Of a DNA stretch of 64,000 nucleotides, positions 12,677-26,600 are shown piece after piece. The position numbers were made by a program, and so were the translations under genes. A model generated the notes under the pieces. It did no database searches. It was not told where the DNA came from and was given only the letters and a program-made list of their open reading frames with translations. This DNA is from Lama glama (Eukaryota): contig CM052816.1 in assembly GCA_028534125.1 (NCBI GenBank), forward strand, positions 80,230,001-80,294,000, read 5' to 3'. Each line of letters opens with the position of its first letter. The first letter of the stretch is position 1.

Positions 12677-12979
12677 ATGCACGGGAGGCAGCTCGTCTGC
12701 TGGCACCTGCTGGTTTTGCTTTTCCTCCCTTTTTGCCTGTGTCAAGATGAATACATGGAGGTGAGCGGAAGAGCTAATAAAGTGGTGGCAAGAATAGTGC
12801 AAAGCCATCAGCAGACTGGCCGTAGCGGCTCCAGGAGGGAGAAAGTGAGAGAGCGGAGCCATCCTAAATCTGGGACTGTGGATAATAACACTTCTACAGA
12901 CCTAAAATCCCTGAGACCAGATGAGCTACCGCACCCCGAGGTAGATGACCTAGCCCAGATCACCCCATTCTGGGGCCAG
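12677..12979 (+). CDS. C1QTNF3: C1QTNF3 coding exon 1 (short form ends 12760, long form ends 12979)
   Basis: ATG 12677 (AATCATGC), MHGRQLVCWHLLVLLFLPFCLCQDEYME; donor GAG|GTGAGC at 12760/61; open frame continues 73 codons to donor CAG|GTACTC at 12979/80. Confidence 0.95.
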
Positions 12980-15900
12980 GTACTCAGAATTCTCTTCTAA
13001 GGATTACTGTCAAAGTTTAATGAGTTGTGTTACTCTTGCTTTTTTTTCTTTTCTTTTCTTTTCTTTTCTTTCTTTTCTTTTCTTTTCTTTTCTTTTCTTT
13101 TCTTTTCTTTTCTTTTCTTTTCTTTTCTTTTCTTTTCTTTTCTTTTCTTTTCAGCTTTGATTCCTAGGATCAATGCTTTCGAGAAGTGGATCGCGCTGCT
13201 TGTGGGTCTCTCTCTGGGTTGCTCTGGGATACTTGGGGCGCTGCCGGTCTCTGTTGGAAAATCGTGGATGTTCTGAGATAAAGGGAGGCTGCAGCCACCC
13301 CATCAGAAAGGGGTACAGCGGCGGCCAGCTCCCTGCTCTCTGTGACTTGGTTTCTTTCTGGCTCTGCTGGTGTGGAAAGGAGGAGCACTGACCTTTGCAG
13401 ACAGATGACCGCTGTAGATAATCATTTGCAGATCATAAGAAAATTGGACGTGCTTAATTGCTTCCCAGCCAGGAGAAGCTGCCCTTTGAGTTTTTCATTC
13501 GATCTGTGAGTCTACTGTGACATTTCACGCCAGGCTTTGTTATTTGATTTATGGCGTTCTAGGTTACTAAGCCTCTATATTCACCCCGTTTTAAAAAGGA
13601 CCAAAGAGTTAAAACAAAACAAAAAAGACTGTATCTAAAATGCAAACCTGCTTGTGTTGTGTGATGCAAGCCTGATAATCACAGAGGACTTGATTTATTT
13701 CTGGGCGTGTAAGCTCAGCGTCTAAGGAAACATCTTTAATTCTTTCAGGGTGGTACGGCAGTGAGTTGAGGTTTCAGTGTAGTGAATGGCAAATTCATGA
13801 AACTCAATTTAATTTAAAACATTAAGAACAGGAAGAAACAGGTTTTTTAATTTGCCTTTATTATTTCTTAACGAAAAACATTTTAATGGAGGTGTAATTG
13901 ACATACAACATTATATTAGTTTCAGGTGCACAACACAAGGAAGCAGCAGATTTTGATTTACCTTCTAGGTACCAAGCATGTGGTAATCAGACAAGGGGAC
14001 TAGGAGAGTTACTCTGAATTATATGATCTGTGAACAAATAGATTTTACCACAGGAAGTGACTGCTTCTATGCATTGAATAGGCCCCGAAAAAGTCCATGA
14101 AATTGAAATCGAAACCCCTCCCACCACAGACTGAGAAGTTTCGACTGAGACTGGTAGTATGATCAGACCAAGGTCACACGCGGAGGTAGCTGTAGATCTG
14201 GGACAAACCTGGGATGTCTAACTTGGCCACAAATGCACCGTTCTGTGGGGCTGTGCCAAGAAAACATTGTTCCTTTGATGAGCCACAGAAGAAATGATAA
14301 CTTCCGATACAATCCTGTTTTTTGAAAGCCACTTTTAGAGCTTGTCCGCTCATCTGACAACCTTTTGGCTGAAGAGCAATGAGGGCTAATCTGAGGTTTT
14401 CTCAGGGGTGAAGACATTTTCACTTTTGTCCAAGCCTTGATCTGGACTTTCTGTTTCAATAAAAGGATCTTTGCTGGATCCTTCCCGGCCATGGCAGTGT
14501 GAGCCCCCAGAGGCGGCAGGAGGCAGATGCAGGCTGTCCTTGCTCATTAGTTCTTGGCAACCAACACCCCAGCAGGCAACTGAAATCCAAATTACATTTC
14601 TTTTTCACCCCACCTACTGGTGCCCCTAGGCATCTAACATGCTGAAATCAGATGAATAAGTTAGAAGCTACTTTCTGGTTTTTGCTTTTTCTTTTTTTTT
14701 TGTTTAAGCCAGGCTTTTTGAAAGAAGGGGGACTTTCAAACTTCCTTAGATTTCTGAAATATTTCCAAACCAGCCTCCAACAAGAGACACTGATATTCTA
14801 GAGGTTTCAGTGCAAGTCTCTGCCGTTGAAGTGGAGACCACATTGAACTTTGGATTGTACTGTGTTTTTCCTTCCTTCCTCACTTTCCCTAGCTCTTCTT
14901 TTCCTTTAATCCTACTTTTCCCCGCTTCTTTCACCAATCATTTCCTGTGCTTCTGTTATGTGCCAAGCTTGAGGATGGCGGTAAATATGCCCAAGCGCCT
15001 ATCTCTGAGCAGTTCCGAAGGGCTCTCGTGGGGATAAATGAACAGCTCATTAAGTATCACGCGATGAACGACGTCAATGCACAAAAGGGAGCTGGGGGAA
15101 AACAATCAGAATTGTGGTGGCCGCTGAGCTGAATCTCAAAAGATGAGACAAAAGGGATGGCTATCCACGGAAAAACTAAAACCAAAAAAAATGTGTGCCG
15201 CAGCAAGAGCCTGGAGAGAAACTTGGAGGAGCGGGTGTGGCTGGAGCGCCGGCTGGGGAAGAAGACATGAGTGCTTTTAGTGTCAGGCTGGAGGAGTCTG
15301 TTGGCCAGTAGAGAAGCTTCAGCCTAATTTTGCCAGCAAAAGTTTTGTCTGTCTGTTTGTTCATAGCAGGGCGGGGAGCTAATCAGGTTTGTGTTCTGGA
15401 AAGATGACTCTGGCCATCGGGTATGTGCAGAGATGGGGATGAGCAGACTGGACTCTCTTTTCCTGACTTTTTCTCCTCTGTTGCTTTTCATTATTCACCT
15501 TTATCAGTCTCCGTCCTCTTCCTGGACACCTGTCTCTCCCTCTTCCTCTTCCCTTCGCCTTTTTTCTCTTCCCTCCTCCTTGGGTGAAAACTCCTAGAGT
15601 CATTTACGGAAGTAGCGCTCCATTCTGTGCAGCTGCCTCTACGTCTCCATCTACAAAACGGATGGGTCTTGTCTTAGGGACACCTCCTTCCTCCCATGCT
15701 GCCCATTTGCATGTTCTTGGTATACAAATTCGACCTAATTTTGGGAAATGGGTTGATAAACTTAAGGGGGTATAGACAGTAACTACCTAGTATGTGACTT
15801 TCCCTTCCCTGGGAGAAAACTCAGCAAACACATCCAGCCAACGTGTTCTAAGGGTCCATCCAAAGGCCCACAAACATTGTTCCACTTGACTGAACTTTGA

Positions 15901-17397
15901 AAGACCAGGCCAGAGGGAGGACCCCATTGTGAAATGTTGCAGGAGGGTTCTCAGGAGGTGCTGGACTTAGTGACCAGAAGTCTCTTCTGTTTTGGTGGCA
16001 TCTCTATGCTCTCGAAGTGTTTGGACATTCACTCAGTCCCAGCTAGCTCTGATGCTGACCAACCCCATCTCCAGAGCTAGCTTCTCATGCCCAGATACTA
16101 GACTAAAAAAGCAAAGTCTAAGTCACTATTTGAGGCTTTGGAAAAGACTTCAGTATCTTTGTTTGCATTATAGAGCTGGAAAGAAAATTCATGGCCATCT
16201 TACCCAATCCTTTAATTTAGTAGACAAGGAAAATGATGTATGGGGGAAAGTGACTTCATGAAATTTACACAGAACTGAGACGGGTGTTCTGGTTCCAGTC
16301 CAGTTCTCTTTCTGTCATTCTTAACAGCTCAGTTTTTCACTTCTATTTTTAAACGAATGGTTTCCACTTCAGGATTTTCCCTCCTTCCCCTCCCTTCTCC
16401 TTCCCTAAAATTCATTATTGGCAGAACCTAGGATTTCTTGGAGCTTAAAAGGCTGTATTTCATATTAGCAAAATCATCCCAGGAAATTATTGGAATACTT
16501 ACTTCTCAGATTGCATCTTTGGATGAGAAGGAGGGGTGGTGCTGTGGTGTCTGACTTTCCAAGTGTCTGAAGTCCCTCGTCTCAGACCACTGCTTTCACT
16601 GTTTATCTTTTCCTCCACCAGTTTTATAAAAGGTTTTCATAGACTCCCATACCTGTCCAGATTGGGAATAATGATCAAGAAAACTTGAATTTTAGGTGAT
16701 TAGACTGGGAGGTAGCTTCTGATTGTAGCTCCTGATCACTTGAGATTCAGCTCTGAGCTGTTGCAGGGAAATTTGTGTGGACTGTAGATACTATTCTGCA
16801 TTTTTTCGTAATAGCTAGGTGAGAACCTTCAGGAGAAAGGAATGAGAGTAAGGAAAAAGTCTGAGCTCTTTTTTGTCTTTTTTTGAGGCTTTTGTTGACT
16901 TTTAATGTGACTCATAACCATTTCTGCATTTAAAAAATGTTTTTTAATTGAAGTGTAGTCAGTTTACAATGTTGTGTTAATTTCTGGTGCATAGCATAGT
17001 GATTCAGTTATACATATATATTCCTTTTCATATTCTTTTTCATTATAGGCTATTACAAGGCATTGAATATAGTTCCCTGGGCTATACAGTAGGACCTTGC
17101 TGTTTATCTATTTCATATGTAGTAGTTAGTATCTGCAAATCCCAAATTCCTGAATTATTTCTTCACTCCCTCCTTCCTCCTTGGTAACCACAAATTTGTT
17201 TTCTATGTCTGTGAGTCTGTTTCTGTTTTTAAAATAAGTTCATTTGCCTCATTTTTTTCGATTCCACATATGAGCGATCTCATATGGTATTTTTCTTTCT
17301 CTTTCTGGCTTACTTCACTTACTACGACAATCTCCAAGTCCATCTATGTTGCTGCAAATGGCATTATTTTATTCCTCTTTATAGCTGAATAGTATTC

Positions 17398-17436
<39 letters not shown>

Positions 17437-20400
17437 TGTATCCTATCATCTTTATCCAANNNNNNNNNNNNNNNNNNNNNNNNNNNNNNNNNNNNNNNNN
17501 NNNNNNNNNNNNNNNNNNNNNNNNNNNNNNNNNNNNNNNNNNNNNNNNNNNNNNNNNNNATTCATTTTTCTGCTTGGATTTCTAATGATGGAGAAAACTT
17601 GGATTTTAAATGACTTCTTCCTCCCTCCCTTTCTCCCTTTCTCTCTTTCTCCCTCCCTCTTTTCCTTCCTTCCTCTCTCTCTCCCTCCCTTTCTTTTTCA
17701 AAATGAATCCTTTAGCAACAATATGCTATTTTCAGAAAACCATTGAATTATAATTGGTGTCCAAGAAAGTTTCCACAAATCCTTTGTGTGCTATGATTAA
17801 AAATCAAGTTGCCAATGTAGATGAGTGAGACTCCAAATTTATAAGCAACTCGAACTCTTCTGTCAATTAACTTCTGCCAAATCTCCAGCTCCTTGACACT
17901 AAGTACAAATTTTAGAAATTTATCTCTGAGTAAATAAGCATTTAACTCGGTGTCCTATTTGAACACATTTAGTATCCACTAAGTACTCATTAAATCTCAG
18001 TTCAAATAATGCGACAATAACTTTAAATTGTCAGGTGGAATATAAAACAGAACATCATGTTAAAGTGAAAGTTAAAAAAAGGAAGTTAAATTTGTATCAA
18101 GATATAAATAACTAAATAGATAAACAACAAGATCCTACTGTAGGGAACCATATTCAATATCTTGTAATAACCTATAATGAAAAAGAATAGGAAAAAGAAT
18201 ATGTATGTATAATTGAATCACTATGCTGAACACCAGAAACTAACACAACATTGAAAATCAGTGACTACACTTCAATTTAAAATTTTTTTTAATTAAAAAA
18301 ATAAAATTAGACATCAAAAAATGTAGACAATTAATAAGAATGTATTGGGTTAATGAATATTCCTTCCTTAATTTCCTAAGATAATTTGTGTGTGTTGTGA
18401 CTGTTTGAGAAGCTACGATTCAGAGTTTCTAAGAACTCTTAACCTAGTATCATAAACATGGAGAGTCTTAATAACTATATTTGAAGTTGGTAAATTTTAT
18501 CATTTGAGGGTCATTGACTCCATCTAGCTACATCCGAGATGCCTGGCAGTTGGAAGACAGGGAATGTTTCCAACTCCTCCTCTGAAGGAGCCTCCTCTTT
18601 TGCTGACACCAGTAGTGACAACGCTTCCCAGAAATCCTGTTCCGATCCTCACCCCCACTCACGGTCCTTTCCAAAGAGCATGCTCTTCTGTTGACTCTCC
18701 TGTCCTTGGCCTTCTGACCTTCACCTCACCTTAGCTACTCCCTGACTCCTTTGCCATTGACATACTCAACCCACACTTTCTTTTCTGATGTTGTTGTGGG
18801 TTGTTTGGAATGAAACTTACCTAGAAGCCAGAGGAAATTCAAAAGTCCTAATTACTCATACGTACCTTTCTCTGACACTTATCTTTGTATCTTTTTAAAG
18901 TCTCCACCAACCGGAGGACTGCCCCCAGACTGCAGCAAATGTTGCCATGGAGACTACAGCTTCCGAGGCTACCAAGGCCCCCCAGGACCTCCTGGCCCCC
19001 CCGGCATTCCAGGTAAGGATGAGAGTGATGCACTCTTTCCAGCCTAATTGCAGACTGTGCCAAAACAGGAGCCAGGGGCGAACCTCAATAATTTGGGATG
19101 ACATATGTGAGCCAAAGCTTATGCCTGGGAAATCCAAAAGGAAGCTGGGCAGGGAACTGGGTTGACTGAGTTAACCAGATGGAATGGTATAAAAAATAGT
19201 ATTTATTATCTATACCACTGGCAGAATCCCACAAGCACTGGACACAGTGGGGCACCAGATTACAGGCTATGAGGGCCTTCACCAGCATGGAGTCTGGAAC
19301 CACTGGAGCTGAGTGGGTTGCAGTATTTCTGCCACTGCGTGCTCCATGTGGGACACTAGATCTAACTTTCAGGGGTTGATGAAGTGAAGATGGGGAGGAA
19401 AGGAGAGCTTTCAGGTGAGGAGAGAGAGCTTGCTGGTCTGGGTTATAGTCATCTCCATGGTCCCATTTACTGAGCTACACTTCCTTCTGTCTGAATCTAG
19501 GTCCCACCAGATCTTTTTCCCCCCTAATCTAAGGGTCTTTCCCCACTCGGCTGTCTCTCACTTGACCTTCATGCCTCTGTTGGAGCCACAGGGACATTTT
19601 GGGGCTCCAGCACCACGTGGTGGCACGGGGCATGCTGCAGAGCTCCACTGGGTCCCTCTAGACCCACCATTCCACCATCTCTACCCTACTGAGTGGTGAC
19701 CCAGCATGGAGCGACCTGGGTCAGCCAAGGAGAGGGCTGCTCAGGTCCTCTCCGTCCCAGGACTCCCAAATCTACCAGGGGGTTTAAGTGACTTTCTTCT
19801 CCCTAGGTTAATTCCCAGGGGTAAAACTTTTCCTCGGGGTTTGGCAAAATTCCACTTACTCTTCTCTAATTTACTCCCATTGCTGTTAATATTTACCAAA
19901 CAGGGTTAAATTTTTAAAATACTTTTGAGGAGCTTTTCAAATGAAACCAAATTTAGAATGAGACAGTGCTCTTTTAAACTTTAAACTATGATTCCAACCT
20001 TTGAATCTATGTCACTGAACAACAAAAACAGCAGGTGCAGTGCTAAGGGGAAGGAGCTATCCAGACCCTTCTTAGTTTGGATACTAAACTCTTCTGGGTT
20101 ACAGGACAGGCTGGCCTTGGCTACACACTCTCCATCAAGAACAGTTTTGTTTTTAGCACATTGACCTATAAACACAGTCAAAGTTCATCAGCCTGGAAGA
20201 ATTGCAAGCCCAGTTTGATACATGATCAAAGGTGGCTTGGAAAGTCAACAGCAAAAGGGTCTGGAATTCAACAAATATAAAAACAAAGGGAGAGGTGTAG
20301 AAATTCTCTCTTAGTGACAAAGAGTTGAAATCATTATCCAAGTCTTGCTTTCAAGATTATTGTAATAATTTTTATATCAATCATTTTCACTTTTCCTCCG

Positions 20401-20592
20401 GTTATAGAAGTGGTACGTGTTCTTTGAAGAAAACTTCAAAAAAAAAAAAAACAGGAAAGTATATAGAATGACACAAAAATCACTCATGTTTCATCCATTA
20501 GAAAAAATAAAGCACTGCAAATATTTTTTTGTAATTTGTTCTAGTCTTTTCCCCCTTTGGATAAAATATGTATATAGATGCACAACTCCATC

Positions 20593-20635
<43 letters not shown>

Positions 20636-23600
20636 GTATCATGCTATGGCCAATTGATTCATAACCCCTTTTAGCTAAAAATATCATACTAAATGTTATT
20701 AAATATTTTTATTCAGCATTCTCTCTTTGTGCCTATGTAACAACATTTACTGGGTTGTACCATTTTTAAACTTAGCCCTTTCAGTATTTGTGGACATACA
20801 GGCGGTTTCTAATCTTTGCTATTATAAAGGATGCTTTAATAATCAGTCTTCTACCCAATTTTTCATTCAAGTCTTGCTTGATAAGAAAAACAAGCTTTGG
20901 AGCCTGGAGCCTTAAGAGCATCTAAGGCCATTTTCAGTGTCCCATTTAAAAGAGACCCCATTTGATCATGCCCCCCATGGCTGGATTTGGGATTGTTTCA
21001 AATGGTCCCCTTTTACAATTGAGTTTGTGTATTTTGGCAAAAAGTGGGGGGGCTACATTGGTATAGAAATAGATGATGAGTATGAGTGACTGGGCTTTCT
21101 CATATGATAATGTCTGGTTGTTTAAGGAAACCATGGGAACAATGGCAATAATGGAGCCACTGGCCACGAAGGGGCCAAAGGTGAGAAAGGAGACAAAGGT
21201 GACCTGGGGCCACGAGGGGAGCGAGGGCAGCATGGCCCCAAAGGAGAGAAGGGCTACCCAGGGGTTCCACCAGAACTGCAGGTAAGTCATCCTGGCACGT
21301 CTCCAGGTGACTTCTACACTGTCCTGACCATCAGGGTCCAAGAATCAGAAGGCTTGGGTGCTTCTTCATCCTCAGTGTTGACTAAACCTGAGTCTCAATC
21401 TGTCCATCGCCACCACAGGGGTTTTGCATAAGACCTAGCTGTCAAAGTGCTTTGAAATCATTCTTAGGGAGAAGAGAAACGTATGAAGGGTAAAATTCAA
21501 CACCCTGATTAGACCAAATACAAAGTGATCTTGAATATCAACTAAGCTAATCTCTCACTTTCCAAATGAGAAGATATGTTAGATAAAAAGGTTCCTGGCA
21601 ACCTGAATATATAAGTTTTTAGATACATAAAATATTATTAAGTAGACATTTGACCATTCCATTTATTTATTAGTTTTGTTACATTTACATATTTAAGTCA
21701 TATATATGGGTATTAATATACAAATGTTATCAGATTTTGTGGCATAATTGTTACCTAAACTTTTCTCATCAGTATCTTCTTTATCACCAGAGACGTTTCA
21801 TTTTGCATCACTCACCTACAGGTTTCCAGACCAGATGATATTTATCTCAGTTTAAAGTTTGTTTAATCCATTTATAAGGCTGTTATTGGACATTTTATTC
21901 CAAGCTCAAGTACCCACCTATCTACTCTTTATTTCTGTCTTAAATGATCTTCAAAATTCTTGTCAGTAAGATCTAAAACTTGCAAATGTGGGGTTAAGTC
22001 ACCAAGAAAATTACCAAGTCTGGGTTATTTATATATGTGGCTAATACTATAAAAACAGATTCTTTGAAAGGACTCCCATTAGCACTGAAAACTAGCAATT
22101 TTTATTAAGGTTGTTTCTGGCTGATATGTCTTCCTGAAATAGCAACTTGTGGTTAAAACTAAGTAATTGAGAGAACATACTGATGAAATAAAACTCATAT
22201 TTTAAGTCAAGACAGGAAATTTTTAAACATAAATTTTTCTTTGCCCTTTTGGGCCTCCCCCTTCCCCTCTGGTGTGCACTGTCCATCTGCAAGACTCATT
22301 AACCAGACTTCCCCAACAGTAGAAATCCCGGCGCAACCACAAAGATCAATTTTTCTTCTTCTGGCACCAGCCATGGAACTCCTTAGAAGACAACATTACT
22401 TACTCATAACCTTATATTATGAATGTTACTAATGATATTCCCTGTGTTCTGCCTATTTTACATGACTACTCTTCCTTGCATTGCCAATGCATAATTGAGC
22501 CTCCAATAAAAATAATGATGTCTAGGGGACTTGAAACGATTGACCAAGTGTATTGTTCTATAAGATCAATGGTTTTAACAGTGTAACTCTCGTTATGGGA
22601 AGAAGCTCCAAGAGGGAACCACTTCTTGGACCACAACTAGTAAGACAAGAGGTCCAGAGGATTTGGGCTACTGTTAACCCAGTTATCAGCACATTGAGTA
22701 GCCTGCCAAGGTAATCCTTGCCTGACCTGGAAATGAGCATTCCTAGTGCCATGGGACAAAGTGGTCACAAAATGCCTCCCAAATCTTGGTTGAAATTAAG
22801 GCCAAAAGGGAGGGAATCATAAAATAAAGAATGTCGCCCACCATCCACTTCTGCAAGAACCAAGTCATCCACCGCTGTAGTCGCTGACCCACGATACACC
22901 CTGGGGGGAATTCAGGGTGAAGATCAGCATGAGGCACATTTTGCTCTGGGAAAACTGGCAGAACCGGCCCTCAGATAGATATATTCAGGAGAAAATTTTA
23001 TGAACCTAGTTTCTTTTCTTTTTTAAATTTTTTTTATTGAGGTATAGTCAGTGAATATATGAATATACATATATTCATTTTCATATTCTTTTTCACTGTG
23101 AACTACTACAAGATATTGAATATATTTCCCTATACAGTATAAACTTGTTTATCTATTTTATGTATATCAGTCAGTATCTGCAAATCTCGAACTCCCAGTT
23201 TAGCCCTTCCCAACCCCTCCCCCTGGCAACCACAAGTCGGTATTCTATGTCTGTGAGTCTGTTTCTGTTATATATATATATAAGTTCATTTGCCTTTTTT
23301 TTTTTAGATTCCACATATGAGTGATGTCATATGGTATTTTTCTTTCTCTTTCTGGCTTACTTCACTTAGAATGACATTCTCCAGGGCCATCTATGTTGCT
23401 GCAAATGTCATTATTTTATCATTTTTTATGGCTGAGTAGTATTTCATTTTATAAACATATCACAACTTCTTTATCCAGTCATCTGTTATGGACATTTAGG
23501 TTGTTTCCATGTCTTGGCTACTGTAAATAGTGCTGCTATGAATATTGGGATGAAAGTGTCTTTTTGAATTAGGGATGAGCCCAGTTTCTTGCATCTCTCC

Positions 23601-26600
23601 ATACTTAGAAAAGCACTGAAACCATTAACTATGGTATTCGTTCCTCTCAAATAGCAGTAAACCTTTCACCAAAATGTGTGCTTCACTGCGTGGACCCCTT
23701 CACCAAAACCCCATATACTTGCCTCCACTACCCCAACCCCCATACCTCTTTGGAACAGTCCTCAGAGCTTTCTTGAAAAACTGTCTCCTGGGTTATTTCC
23801 TGAAGTTGGCTCGAATAAAATTTTCCATTTCTTTCTTAGATTGGTTTTGATTAATGTTATTGTGGACAATATAACATGAGAAACTTTTAAAGAACTAGCA
23901 TACAGAGCAACTTTTATTTGACAGATCAATGGGGGAAAACCTGGCCCTTTATTTGGGTGCATGTGGTGATTGACCTTGGACAAATCCCATCATTTTTCTG
24001 GGTCTCAGTTTTTTAAGCATAAACTAAGAGTTCCTGTGTGTTATCCTATCTGCTTTTGCAGTTTTGTAACTTTTTAATGAATGCTATTTAATAATTTTAG
24101 CAACCTGGGATCCACGTGCCAGTATAAATTTACAAAGAAAAGGAGACAGATGCTTATAAGGTACTTAACAAGATGAATGATAAACATTCTCAAAACTAGA
24201 AACTAACCCCAATCTGTGAATGGTTATACCCTGGCTGAGAGGCCCTACAGTAGCCAGTTTAATGGAGAACAAGTGAGCAATTATTAAGTTTGTTCCATCA
24301 GCTTTTTGACCCTAAAACCGCAACACAATCATTTGGGAGAATTACTTTCACAGTTTTGAAGGAGGCATCCAGAGGAGAGAAGACGGGTCTTAGGCAGGTT
24401 GTAAAGGAGGGTGACTTCCAGGTCCCTTCATTCTCATTTCTAAATCTCTCCTCTGGTGTCCCCCCTTCTTCATCGTTCTGTGTCCAGTGCCCTCGTGATC
24501 CTTCTGACTGCCCACATCCTTCCTGTGTTGATTCTCTCAGGGCTGCCTCCCACCCCCTACACCCCAAGTCTTCCGGGACTTCAGATTATTTGATCTCTTT
24601 CCTCTCTCACCCCCCTCCCTTAAAACTCCCATTCATTCAAGACAGAAAATCCCGCAAAGTTAAAGAATTAATTGATCTAATTCACACTCAGTTTGAATGA
24701 CTCATTTGGCTAGGGAATTGGCATTGACTCTCAAATGTGACTCTCCAGTAGTGGTACAGTTTGACGTGTGGGGTATTCCCACGCTGCCCAGAAATTCTAT
24801 GACACCAATTAGATGTCCTACAATTCAACTCAGTTTTGACCCTGTTTACCTGGAGGTGGCGTCTGATCCCACAGGTTAAGAACTCAGTCCTGTGAGACTG
24901 CCCAGCCCACTTCCCCTACTTTGGGCACCAGTCCCAAGTCCTGATTGTCACCTGCGCTTCTGTCTGGCTATAGATCGGAAGTTCCAATGACCCTCCTTGG
25001 GTTTGATTACTTTATCAAAGCAACTCAGTGAACTCAGAGAAGCATTTTATTTACTAGCTCACTAGTTTGTTAAGAAAGGATGTAACTGAGGAACAGCCAG
25101 ACGGAAGAGATGCATAAGGCAAGGTGTGGGGAAAGGGCACAGAGATTCCACATCTTTTCTGAGGGCCACCCTCCCCAAATCTCTATGTATTTGCCAACTG
25201 AGAAGCTCTCTGAAACTTGTCTTTTGGGTTTTTATGTGGGTTTCATCACATGGACAAGATCGATTAATCATTGGCCATTGGTGATTGATTCAACATCCAG
25301 CCCCTCTCTCTTCCATGGAGGTGTGTGTTGTGTAGAGGGGGGGATGTAGGGAGGGGAGGGGAAGTGTGGCTCAGAGTTCCAACTTTCTAATCCTGAATTG
25401 CTCCACCTGCCCATCCTGAAGTGCTTCCCAAAAGTTACCTCAAGAACGTAAAAAAAGACACCTTGCTTGTTCTCCACACTTAGGAAATTCCAAGCATTTT
25501 AGGAGGTCTGGACCAGAACTGGATATGAATACTAAATATATATTTATCATAAATCATAATAATGTCACAGGTATCCTTTAGGGATAAAAACAGCACAGGG
25601 TAAACAAAATTAAAAAGCTGTTTGACTGCAGGACTTCTCAGATAGTTTAATATGCTAATGGCCATTTAATAGCTATTGGTAGAAGATTGCACCCACATTT
25701 TTCAGTATTATTTGATAATAGAATTTTAATATCTCAAAAAGCATTTTAAGGGATAATGTTTCTTAAAACACATGCTCAGAATTTGATATATGCTGTGGTT
25801 TTAATGGCTGCATAGCCATAAAAATGTTAGAAATTACCATGATTTGTTTAATTCTTTCTCCATAGATTAACATTTAAATTATTTCCAATCTAGCTGATAC
25901 AAATATTGTTGAAATAAACTTACTTGTATAAAAACCTTATTTCTCTAAAATCAACTGCCTTTTTTAACCATCAACTCTCTCATTAGATTGCGTTCATGGC
26001 GTCTCTGGCAACTCACTTCAGCAATCAGAACAGTGGGATTATCTTCAGCAGCGTTGAAACCAACATTGGAAACTTCTTTGATGTCATGACTGGTAGATTT
26101 GGGGCTCCAGTATCAGGTGAGAAGTAAAAATAAATAAATGATGAATTAATCAATCTAGCAATCAAGAAAGAGAAGGAAGGAAGGAAGAAAGGGAGGAAGG
26201 GGTGGGGGGTGGGGGAGGAAGGGAAGGATGAAGGAGGAGGGAACAAAGAAAGACATTAAGAGACTAAGGGAGTTAAGAATTCTTTGTGATTCTGGTTAAA
26301 ACAAATAATCATTTACATATATATTTCCCTGTTGGATTTCAAAGTAAGTGAATTAGAATCTGAGAAGAAAAAAACACTTTTAAAAATGATAACATTCATT
26401 ACTTAGATTATTAACTCTGACTTGAACTGAACCAAATAATCCCTAAGCGGGTATAGTTACCTCTGACTTTAAAAGCCCTTAGGTCAGAATTCTCACAGTT
26501 TAAATGTGTCATAACTGAGTTCATCCTCCTTGTAAAGATGATGTGATTCCCTTGGGCTCACCTGGATAATCCAGGATAATCTCCCCATCTCAAGACCCTG

